This document shows, in pieces, positions 55,977 to 64,000 of a stretch of DNA of 64,000 nt. The first letter of the stretch is position 1. Each line of letters starts with the position of its first letter. The notes beneath the pieces were generated by a model. The model made no database searches. It saw nothing but the letters and a program-made list of their open reading frames with translations, and was not told the DNA's origin. The position numbers and the translations under genes are program-made. Origin of the DNA: an uncultured Chloroflexia bacterium (GTDB lineage: Bacteria; Chloroflexota; Limnocylindria; Limnocylindrales; CSP1-4); the NCBI GenBank assembly GCA_963713975.1, contig OY970218.1, forward strand, positions 2,240,001-2,304,000, read 5' to 3'.

Positions 55977-57341
55977 CTAGGCGAGGAGCGACTGGATGAT
56001 CGCGTCCACGTGGGCCTTCTCGGGCACCACCACCAGCGCGGTCACCATGCCGAACATGCCGTCGAGGCCCTCGACGTGGGAGAGGATGTGGCAGTGGAAT
56101 GCCCACAGGCCGACGCGGTCGGCGGTGATGTTCACGTCGTAGCGCTCGCCCGGGTTCACGCCCAGCGTGTCGCAGTAGAACGAGGCGCCCTCGAGCGGGT
56201 ACCCGTCTCGAGCGACGACCTTCATCCGATACCCGTGGCTGTGCCAGGGATGCATCATGAACCCCTCGTTCATGAACCGGATGCGCACCGTCTCACCCTG
56301 CGCCGCCAGCACCGGGACCACCGCCGGAAAGCCGTGCCCGTTGATGGTGAAGCCGCCAAGGGCGTCGTTGGAGATCCAGACGTACTCGCGGTCGTACTTG
56401 TCGTCGGCCGTGGGCTTCTTGGGGTCCACGATCAATGCCCCCAGGAGTCCTCGCCCAACCTGGTCCGTGGCGTTGTGGTGGGAGTGGTACATCAGCGACC
56501 CCGGCCGGGAGGCCACGAAGTTGTAGGCGAACTCCTCGCCGTTGGCGAACGGCTTCTGGTTGAGGAAGGCGACCCCGTCCTCGAAGGAGTCGACGAACTC
56601 CTGCCCGTGGAAGTGGACGGCCGTGGTCTCGTTGAGGTTGTTCCTGAAGATCACGCGGACCTTGTCGCCCTCGGTCACGCGGATCGTGGGTCCCGGCCAC
56701 TGGGCGTTGAAGCCAAGCGCGGCCACTGTCGGCAGCTTCTCGTCGATGGGCCACTCCATCTCATCGACGGTCAGGTTGAAGACCTTGACGTCCCCGTCCA
56801 TCTGGTAGGCAAGCGGGGTGACCGTGTCCGTGATGACGAGGTTGGAGACCTGCGCGAACGCAGGCTTCATCTCGAGCTCCGGGTAGCCTTCGGCGACATC
56901 CAGGATGTCGGCGACCTTCGCGTATGTGGTCTCGCCGAAGACGTCCTTGAAGGCCGGCACGAGGTTGCCCAGGTAGCGACGCACGACCTGGCGGGCGGCG
57001 ATGTCATGCTCCGACCAGCCAGGCGGGATGGCCGCGCCTGCCGGCGCAGAGGCGGACGGCGCAACAGACGGCGCTGCGGTCGGAGCGGCGGTGGCCGGGG
57101 CGGCCGTTGGTGCGGCGGGAGCCTGGGTGGCTGCGGCCGATGCCGCCGGAGCGCCGAAGCTCCATGCGGGGGCGGCGGCGGCGCTGCAGGCGGCGACGCT
57201 GGCTGCGACGCCGGTGAGGCCGGCCACGCCGGCGACGCGCAGGAAGCCACGGCGGCTCAGTGCATTGGCGGCGACGCCGTTCTGATCGGGCTCGACCGGG
57301 GACGGGGCGGGCGGGTTGGGAACGGTGGGCTCCACAGGCAC
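55977..57341 (-). CDS. Tat-exported two-domain multicopper oxidase (type B, small-laccase-like)
   Basis: SRRGFLR Tat motif with lipobox-like VAAC; HFHG and YHSH (no Cys) in domain 1; HPWHSHG and HCHILSH...M in domain 2; start 57341 or 57335. Confidence 0.88.
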   Translation of the reverse strand: MPVEPTVPNPPAPSPVEPDQNGVAANALSRRGFLRVAGVAGLTGVAASVAACSAAAAPAWSFGAPAASAAATQAPAAPTAAPATAAPTAAPSVAPSASAPAGAAIPPGWSEHDIAARQVVRRYLGNLVPAFKDVFGETTYAKVADILDVAEGYPELEMKPAFAQVSNLVITDTVTPLAYQMDGDVKVFNLTVDEMEWPIDEKLPTVAALGFNAQWPGPTIRVTEGDKVRVIFRNNLNETTAVHFHGQEFVDSFEDGVAFLNQKPFANGEEFAYNFVASRPGSLMYHSHHNATDQVGRGLLGALIVDPKKPTADDKYDREYVWISNDALGGFTINGHGFPAVVPVLAAQGETVRIRFMNEGFMMHPWHSHGYRMKVVARDGYPLEGASFYCDTLGVNPGERYDVNITADRVGLWAFHCHILSHVEGLDGMFGMVTALVVVPEKAHVDAIIQSLLA

Positions 57342-57476
57342 GGGCTCTCCGCTGTTGGGGGGATGAAGGATCGAGCCATGGTGGCTGGGCCGCAATGGTA
57401 AACGTAGTGGCCAATGGCCTGATCACCGTGGGCCCGGTGTCCCCGTGGCCGTGCGCGGGCTGGTAGGCTCGCGCCG

Positions 57477-59072
57477 ATGACGCTGCCCGCCCGACCAGTG
57501 CAAGCTCGCCCGGATCCCTTTCCGCTCGTGACGACCCTCGACGCGCTCGAAGGGTGGCGACGCGACCCCTCCGCGGCCGCGCGTGATGCCATCGAGGCGT
57601 CGCTGGCCGGTGTGCTCCTGGTGGCGGGAGCGCGGGGCGCGATCCTCGAGCTCAGCGCCCCTCCCCTCGCTCCGCTCGAGGTTGGGGCAGGCACGCTGGC
57701 CAGGATCCCGCCGCCAGACGAGCGTTCCGCGCTTACCAGCGTTCCGCTCGGGTCCCACGAGGGCCACGAGATGCTCGGGCGCCTGTACCTGGATGCGCCG
57801 GAGGGAGCACTCGAGCCAGTCGTTCGCGGTCTCGAGCTCGTGGTCGACGCCGCCTGGTCCCGTGCCGAGGTCCACGGCCGGGCGGAGCGCCTCGCCGCCC
57901 TCGAGGCCGCCACACGTGCCGTGGCCGCCGAGCTCGACGTCGACCGGGTCTTGGGCGTCATCGTGGACCGGGTCCGCCACCTGGTGGGTGCCCGCTACGC
58001 CGCCATGGGCGTCGCCGACAGCCAGGGTCGCATCGAGCGGTTCATCGCCAGCGGCCTCTCACCCGAGAGTCGGGCGGCCATCGGGTCGGTCCCGCGGGGG
58101 CACGGGCTCCTCGGGGTCATCATCCGCGAAGGCCAGGTCGTGCGGGCCGACGACATCGCCCGCCATCCGACCAGCTATGGCTTCCCGCCGCACCACCCCC
58201 CGATGACCTCGTTCCTGGGCGCGCCCGTCCTCGTCAAGGGTCGATCGGTCGGCAACCTCTACCTCACCGACAAGCCCGATGGGGAGCCGTTCACCGACGA
58301 CGACGAGCACCTCGTGGAGATGTTCGCCGTCCACGCCGGGATCGCCATCGAGAACGCACGTCTCCACGACCAGGTGCAGCGCATGGCGGTGGTGGAGGAG
58401 CGGGAGCGGATCGGCAAGGACCTCCACGACGGGATCATCCAGGCGATCTATGCCGTGGGACTGTCGCTGGAGGACGTTCCGGAGCTCGTCGAGGATGAGG
58501 CCGGCCGGCAGGATGCGGTGGCCCGCGTGGATCGCGCCATCGACGCGCTCAACCTGGTCATCGCGGACATCCGCTCCTACATCCTCCGCCTGCGCCCGAC
58601 CCTGGGGGGCGAGGAGGACCCGGTCGAGGCCCTCGCGCGCCAGGCGGAGGAGCTGGGCATGCACGCGGTCATCGATCTCGAGGTCGATCTCGAGGACGGG
58701 GCGGACATCATGCGAGCGATGCCGCCAGATCGCCACTCGGACCTGCTGTTCATCGTCCGGGAGGCCCTTTCGAACGTTGCCCGCCACGCCAGCGCGACGC
58801 GTGCGGCGCTGCTCCTCACCCTTGAAGGGGACGACCTCGTGCTGTGCGTCGAGGACAATGGCCGCGGCTTCGACCCGGCCCGGGTTCCCGCGCCGGACGC
58901 CCTCGGCCGTCACCAGGGGCTCACCAACATGCGGGACCGGGCCACGGGGATGGGCGGGACGTTCGCCATCGAGCGTCCGGACGGTTCCGGCACGCGTATC
59001 ATCGTTCGCGTACCGGCTCCGACCCGTGCCGGTGCCGGGGAGCGTCCCCCCGCCGCCACCGGAGAGAGCTGA
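57477..59072 (+). CDS. GAF-domain sensor histidine kinase (DosS/DevS-like)
   Basis: PRGHGLLG, SYGFPPHHPPMTSFLGAP, GNLYLTDK, ERIGKDLHDGIIQ, EALSNVARHA, DNGRG. Confidence 0.92.
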   Translation: MTLPARPVQARPDPFPLVTTLDALEGWRRDPSAAARDAIEASLAGVLLVAGARGAILELSAPPLAPLEVGAGTLARIPPPDERSALTSVPLGSHEGHEMLGRLYLDAPEGALEPVVRGLELVVDAAWSRAEVHGRAERLAALEAATRAVAAELDVDRVLGVIVDRVRHLVGARYAAMGVADSQGRIERFIASGLSPESRAAIGSVPRGHGLLGVIIREGQVVRADDIARHPTSYGFPPHHPPMTSFLGAPVLVKGRSVGNLYLTDKPDGEPFTDDDEHLVEMFAVHAGIAIENARLHDQVQRMAVVEERERIGKDLHDGIIQAIYAVGLSLEDVPELVEDEAGRQDAVARVDRAIDALNLVIADIRSYILRLRPTLGGEEDPVEALARQAEELGMHAVIDLEVDLEDGADIMRAMPPDRHSDLLFIVREALSNVARHASATRAALLLTLEGDDLVLCVEDNGRGFDPARVPAPDALGRHQGLTNMRDRATGMGGTFAIERPDGSGTRIIVRVPAPTRAGAGERPPAATGES

Positions 59073-59074
59073 AC

Positions 59075-59746
59075 GTGACTGATCTCACAACGCGTCCCCT
59101 GCGTCTGCTCGTGGTCGACGACCACGAGGTGGTCCGCCAGGGTCTCGTGGCACTTCTCGACCGCCGTGAGGGGTTCCAGGTCGTGGCCGAGGCCGGCACC
59201 GCGGCCGAGTCGATCGAGCAGGCCCGCCGGTTCCAGCCCGACATCGTCGTCATGGACGTGCGTCTCCCGGATGGCTCAGGGATCGAGGCCTGTCGCGAGA
59301 TCCGGGCGGAGCTGCCGGGCACCCGCGTCGTCATGCTGACCTCGTACCCGGACGAGGAAGCGGTCCTGTCCGCCATCGTCGCCGGCGCGTCGGGCTACCT
59401 GCTCAAGCAGATCCGCGCGCGGGACCTGGTCGCAGCCCTTGAGTCAGTGGGGCGCGGCGAGTCGCTGCTCGACCCGGCGGTCACCGAGAAGGTCCTCGAA
59501 CGCGTCCGCAGGATCGCCACAGGTGCCTACACGGACGAGATGGCCCAGCTCACCGCCCAGGAGCAGCGCATCCTGCTGCTCGTCGCAGAGGGCAAGACCA
59601 ACAAGGAGATCGCCGCCGAGGTCTTCCTGTCGGACAAGACGGTCAAGAACTACGTGAGTTCCATCCTGTCCAAACTCAACCTCGAGCGGCGCGCCCAGGC
59701 GGCGGCATTCGTCGCCAAGCACCGTCTCGATCGCGGCGGCGCGTAG
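59075..59746 (+). CDS. NarL-family response regulator (DosR/DevR-like)
   Basis: VDDHEVVRQG, DVRLPDGSGIEACREI, MLTSY, TNKEIA..VFLSDKTVKNYVSSILSKL. Confidence 0.92.
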   Translation: MTDLTTRPLRLLVVDDHEVVRQGLVALLDRREGFQVVAEAGTAAESIEQARRFQPDIVVMDVRLPDGSGIEACREIRAELPGTRVVMLTSYPDEEAVLSAIVAGASGYLLKQIRARDLVAALESVGRGESLLDPAVTEKVLERVRRIATGAYTDEMAQLTAQEQRILLLVAEGKTNKEIAAEVFLSDKTVKNYVSSILSKLNLERRAQAAAFVAKHRLDRGGA

Positions 59747-59788
59747 CCCCGCCGTTCCTCCCGGTCCGCACACGCCTCGTCAGACCCG

Positions 59789-60148
59789 GTGGAGGACGAC
59801 CTCGTCTCCTGGGGCAGGGTGCTGCGCATCGAGACGCGTGGTCGCGTGTCCGGTCGTCCCGCGTCGGCCGTCGTCGGGTTCGTGGAGCGTGATCAGTCCA
59901 CGCTCGTCGTCGCCGCAGGATCGCCGGGCGCCGATTGGGCGCTCAACCTGCTGGTCGACCCTGCCTGCCGGATCACCATCGGCGACGTCGTGACAGAGGC
60001 CGTTGCCCGCGAGCTCACTGGCGCCGGGCACGCCGCCGCGGTCCGCGACCTGATCCTCAAGTACGGCACCCCGGCCGAGGGTCTCGGCGCCGGTCCCTCG
60101 TTCGAGCTGCTCCCCGTTCCGCCTGAGGGACACGGGCGCTCCGCCTGA
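59789..60148 (+). CDS. Deazaflavin-dependent nitroreductase-like (split beta-barrel) protein
   Basis: LRIETRGRVSGRP...ADWALNLLVDP. Confidence 0.7.
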   Translation: MEDDLVSWGRVLRIETRGRVSGRPASAVVGFVERDQSTLVVAAGSPGADWALNLLVDPACRITIGDVVTEAVARELTGAGHAAAVRDLILKYGTPAEGLGAGPSFELLPVPPEGHGRSA

Positions 60149-60226
60149 GCGACAGGGGCGATCCGGCTCGGGGCGACGGGCCATCCGGCCGGACGAACGT
60201 CCGCGTCACCTGCCTAGACTCCGGGC

Positions 60227-61501
60227 ATGCGTATCGTCAGCCCGGAAGAAGCGGTCGCGGGGATCAAGTCCGGCGACCAGATCTACGTCCAGATGGCGTC
60301 TGCGGCGCCCACGCACCTCCTTGACGCCCTCGTCGCGCGCGCCCCGGAGCTCCGTGACGTCACCCTCACCCATCTCCACCTGGAGGGACCGGGGCCGCAC
60401 CTCGCGCCCGAGATGGCGGGCCACTTCCGTCACCGGGCCCTGTTCATCGGCCCCAGCGCCCGCAAGGCGGTCAACGAGGGCCGGGCGGACTTCGTCCCGG
60501 TGTTCTTCTCCGACATCCCGGCCCTGTTCCGGTCGGGTGCCTATCCGCTCGACGCCGTGTTCGCCAACGTCACCCCTCCCGATGCCCATGGGTTCTGCTC
60601 GCTGGGCGTATCCGTGGAGGCCATGCATGCGGCGGTCGACACGGCGAAGACCGTCATCGTCCAGTTCAATCCGTCGATCCCGCGGACGCTCGGGGATGCC
60701 TTCATCCACGTCGGCCAGATCGACCTGGCGATCGAGGTGGACCAGCCGCCGTACGAGCACGCACGCCCCCTGGTCGGTGAGGTCGAGCAGCGGATCGGGG
60801 CGTATGTCGCCGACCTGATCCCGGACGGAGCCACCCTGCAGCTGGGGATCGGGGCGATCCCAAGCGCCACGGCCGAGCTGCTCAACGGCAAGAAGGACCT
60901 CGGCATCCACACCGAGATGTTCACAGACGCCGTCGTGGACCTGGTCGAGGCCGGCGTCGTGACGGGCGACCGCAAGGCTCGCAACCGCGGCAAGCTCGTG
61001 GCGACATTCCTCATGGGCACAGACCGGCTGTACCGGTTCGTCCACGACAATCCGATGGTCGAGATGCGACCGGTCGACTTCACGAACGACACTCACGTGA
61101 TCCGCTCGCTGGCGAGCATGATCGCCATCAACTCGGCGATCGAGGTCGACCTCACGGGCCAGGTCGTGGCCGACTCGATCGGCTACCGGATGTACTCGGG
61201 CGTCGGGGGCCAGATGGACTTCATGCGCGGGGCTGCTCTCGCCCCGGGGGGACGCGCGATCATCGCGCTCCCGTCCACCGCGGGCGCCGATGGCAAGGTG
61301 TCCCGGATCACCTCGCACCTCGCCGAGGGGGCCGGGGTCGTCACGACGCGGGCGCACGTCCGGACGGTCGTGACGGAGTTCGGCGTCGCCGAGCTGTGGG
61401 GAAAGAGCCTGCGGGAGCGCGCGAAGGCACTGATCGCGATCGCCCACCCCGACCAACGCGACTGGCTGGCGAGCCAGGCACGCCGGCACCACGAGCTGTA
61501 G
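60227..61501 (+). CDS. Acetyl-CoA hydrolase / 4-hydroxybutyrate CoA-transferase
   Basis: GATLQLGIGAIP, DLGIHTEM, INSAIEVDLTGQV, SGVGGQMDF, VVTEFG. Confidence 0.92.
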   Translation: MRIVSPEEAVAGIKSGDQIYVQMASAAPTHLLDALVARAPELRDVTLTHLHLEGPGPHLAPEMAGHFRHRALFIGPSARKAVNEGRADFVPVFFSDIPALFRSGAYPLDAVFANVTPPDAHGFCSLGVSVEAMHAAVDTAKTVIVQFNPSIPRTLGDAFIHVGQIDLAIEVDQPPYEHARPLVGEVEQRIGAYVADLIPDGATLQLGIGAIPSATAELLNGKKDLGIHTEMFTDAVVDLVEAGVVTGDRKARNRGKLVATFLMGTDRLYRFVHDNPMVEMRPVDFTNDTHVIRSLASMIAINSAIEVDLTGQVVADSIGYRMYSGVGGQMDFMRGAALAPGGRAIIALPSTAGADGKVSRITSHLAEGAGVVTTRAHVRTVVTEFGVAELWGKSLRERAKALIAIAHPDQRDWLASQARRHHEL

Positions 61502-61802
61502 ACGGTCCGCGGAATCAAGAACCCCCGCCGATGGGCGAGGGCAGGGTTTCGGGTGGGTGCCGGGCGTCCCCTCCGGCACCCACCTCGCTTGCAGTCTCGG
61601 GGGTTCGCCCCCCGACGGTGAGTGCCGATCGGACCGCCTTGCCGGGACCTGCGGACCCCCACGCCGGGTCCTCCGCATGGCGACCGGCACCGCCGTCGCC
61701 GTCCATCATCTCCTGACGGGGAGGCGGCTACCGTCGCGCTCGCCTGCTGATCCCCGCGGACCGGCGCGGAGTGCCCACGGCCCCCCTCTCGAAAGGTCGA
61801 GT

Positions 61803-63143
61803 ATGCGCACCGAACGCGTGCTGATCATGGGCGCCGCTGGCCGGGACTTCCACGACTTCAACGTCGCCTACCGGAACGACCCGGCGGCCCACGTGGTCGC
61901 CTTCACGGCGACGCAGATCCCGGGCATCGCGGACCGCCGTTACCCGCCGGAGCTCGCCGGCGAGCGCTATCCCGAGGGCATCCCGATTCGTCCCGAGGCG
62001 GAGCTCGAGACGCTCATCCGCGACCTTGCGGTCGACACTGTCGTCTTCGCCTACTCGGACGTCAGTCACGAGCAGGTCATGCACGCCGCCAGCAGGGTGC
62101 TCGCGGCGGGCGCGGACTTCAGCCTGCTCGGCCCCAATCGCACCCTGCTCGACAGCACGCGCCCCGTCGTGGCGGTGTGCGCGGTCCGGACCGGCTGCGG
62201 CAAGAGTCAGACGAGCCGCCACGTCGCGTCACTGCTGGAGGCCCAGGGCCTCAAGGTCGCGGTGGTCCGTCACCCGATGCCGTACGGCGACCTCGTCGCC
62301 CAGCGCTGCCAGCGCTTCGAGACCTACGCGGATCTCGACCGTCACGAGACCACGATCGAGGAGCGCGAGGAGTACGAGCCGCACCTCGATGCCGGACGCC
62401 TTGTCTTTGCCGGCGTGGACTACGAGGAGATCTTGCGCGCGGCCGAGGCCGAGGCGGACGTCGTGATCTGGGACGGCGGCAACAACGACCTGCCGTTCTA
62501 TCGCCCGGACCTGATGATCGTGGTGGTCGACCCGCTGCGGCCCGGCCACGAGCTGCGCTACCACCCGGGCGAGGCCAACCTGCGCCTGGCCGACGTGGTC
62601 GTGATCAACAAGGTCGATTCCGCCACGCCCGAGGCGCTGGCCACCGTCAGGGCAGGCATTGCCGACGCCAACCCGAGGGCGGTCGTCGTCGAGGCGCGGT
62701 CCGCCCTCGCGCTCGAGGGTGGCGAGATCCGCGGCCGCAGCGTCGCGGTCGTGGAGGACGGACCCACCCTGACCCACGGCGGCATGACCTACGGTGCCGG
62801 CATCGTCGCGGCGAGGCGTTTCGGCGCGGCCGAGGTGGTGGACCCGCGACCGTATGCCACCGGCGAGCTGGCCGCGACGCTGGCCAGGTACCCGGCCCTC
62901 GAGAACCTGCTGCCCGCCATGGGCTACGGGGACAAGCAGGTCCACGAGCTGGAGGCCGCCCTCACGGCGGTCCCGGCCGACGTGATCCTGGCTGCCACCC
63001 CCATCGACATCGGCCGTGTCCTGACCGTCCCCAAGCCGGTCGTCCGTGTCCGGTACGAGCTGGAGCCGGTGTCGGGCACCGTCGAGGAGCACCTTGTGCC
63101 CGTGATCGCCCGAGCGAAGGAGGCACAGGCCGTCGGCGGCTGA
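61803..63143 (+). CDS. P-loop protein of the cyclic-2,3-diphosphoglycerate-synthetase-like 'GTPase' family (possible ArcE-type arginine synthetase)
   Basis: MGAAGRDFHDFN, AVRTGCGKSQT, RHPMPYG, TIEEREEYEPH, WDGGNND, EDGPTLTHGGM, PAMGY. Confidence 0.8.
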   Translation: MRTERVLIMGAAGRDFHDFNVAYRNDPAAHVVAFTATQIPGIADRRYPPELAGERYPEGIPIRPEAELETLIRDLAVDTVVFAYSDVSHEQVMHAASRVLAAGADFSLLGPNRTLLDSTRPVVAVCAVRTGCGKSQTSRHVASLLEAQGLKVAVVRHPMPYGDLVAQRCQRFETYADLDRHETTIEEREEYEPHLDAGRLVFAGVDYEEILRAAEAEADVVIWDGGNNDLPFYRPDLMIVVVDPLRPGHELRYHPGEANLRLADVVVINKVDSATPEALATVRAGIADANPRAVVVEARSALALEGGEIRGRSVAVVEDGPTLTHGGMTYGAGIVAARRFGAAEVVDPRPYATGELAATLARYPALENLLPAMGYGDKQVHELEAALTAVPADVILAATPIDIGRVLTVPKPVVRVRYELEPVSGTVEEHLVPVIARAKEAQAVGG

Positions 63144-63318
63144 CCACCCACCGCAGTTAATAAGGGCCGGCCGGGCGCATGCCACGGCCGGCCCTCGATT
63201 CACCCGGGGCGGCCGGTCACACGAAGGCGAGACCGCCGGCGGGCTCCTTCGGGACGAACGGCAGGCGAAGCGCGCGGGCCGCCGGCCGACGATGTGCACG
63301 ACGCCAAGGAGAGGGTCG

Positions 63319-63678
63319 ATGCACGGAACGACACGCCCGCGGACACTCGAACGGCCGGCGGCGACCGGGATCAGCGCGGCGGTCTGGATCGAGCCGGGAC
63401 GCGCGATCGTGGTGCGGAGCGCCGGCGGGGAAGCGGTCACCACCACGGAGCTGCCGATCCCCTCGCTGCCGGCGACCACGCCTCCGGCCCTGGCCGAGGT
63501 GGCGCACCTGATCGGTGACGTGGACCAGGTGCTGGTCCTCGGGGCCCCAGACCTGCGAACGGCGCTCGAGCGCGAGATCGTCGCCATCGGGCACAGGCCC
63601 GAGATCATCCGCGACTCGGGTGCCGAGGGACCCCTGGACGCTGCCGCCCTGACTGCTCGCCTGGCCCACATCCGCTAG
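63319..63678 (+). CDS. Small hypothetical protein, possibly eRF1-middle-domain/host-attachment-like
   Basis: GGAGAGG RBS; AAVWIEPGRAIVV...QVLVLGAPDLRTALE. Confidence 0.55.
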   Translation: MHGTTRPRTLERPAATGISAAVWIEPGRAIVVRSAGGEAVTTTELPIPSLPATTPPALAEVAHLIGDVDQVLVLGAPDLRTALEREIVAIGHRPEIIRDSGAEGPLDAAALTARLAHIR

Positions 63679-63875
63679 CTCGCCTCCCTGATCCGTGCCA
63701 CAGCGGCACGCGGCCGCCGGGCCGTCCGGCAGGGGCCCGCTGCCGGTCGGCCCGGCGCCCCGGCGACGGACGGCACTCACGCGTCGGCAGTGCCCGGGCT
63801 GACCATGAGCATGCGGCCCCGGAGCGCGCGAGTCCGTCGTGGCGATCCGCAACCACGTAGTGAGGTCACCTCCCT

Positions 63876-64000
63876 ATGTCGCTCACGTCGCCGCTTCCTT
63901 CCCCCCACCTCGTGATGGCCCTGAGCTCATCGTGGTTTGGGGGTGGCCTGCCACCTGACGCGATCGAGCGGCTGGCGGCGATCGCGACCATCCGCGAGGT
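63876..64000 (+). CDS. Probable cNMP-binding/Crp-family protein, 5' fragment
   Basis: GAGGT RBS; LSSSWFGGGLPPDAIERLAAIATIRE resembles the helical start of cNMP domains; truncated by the window. Confidence 0.45.
   Translation, partial: MSLTSPLPSPHLVMALSSSWFGGGLPPDAIERLAAIATIRE

Overview
High-GC bacterial chromosome segment. Gene content (F420-dependent enzymes, LPxTD-type anchor, DosS/DosR-like pair, many apparently leaderless genes) suggests a monoderm such as Chloroflexota or Actinomycetota; this is inference only. Layout: (1) 1-7.9 kb: glycogen/trehalose genes (treY, GH57, glgP), a GntR regulator and a divergent small-protein/structured-RNA unit. (2) 8-17 kb: accessory region with MarR-DUF6544, vapBC, an ECF sigma/Kelch anti-sigma pair, a 1075-aa repeat surface protein and a deleted integrase relic. 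(3) 17025-30944: a ~13.9 kb element integrated at tRNA-Gly(TCC). Unusually it is bounded by a duplication of the 5' half of the tRNA. It carries a tyrosine integrase, an AbiE type IV TA pair, a replication-relaxation protein, a frameshifted AAA-DUF4143 gene and a ComP-like kinase/LuxR regulator surrounded by secreted proteins that share a 16-bp upstream box. (4) 31-54 kb: core genes including glgA, an ABC exporter, an orphan CpaF/TadA ATPase fused to a degenerate Rid domain, DUF4395 behind a Cys-rich leader peptide, a Co/Ni ECF transporter with a Fur-family regulator, fabI-crcB and an ALDH-acdS-aminotransferase-CoA transferase cluster. (5) 54-64 kb: DosS/DosR-like stress cluster. No CRISPR array or rRNA seen. 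All calls come from reading motifs by eye; no database searches were run.
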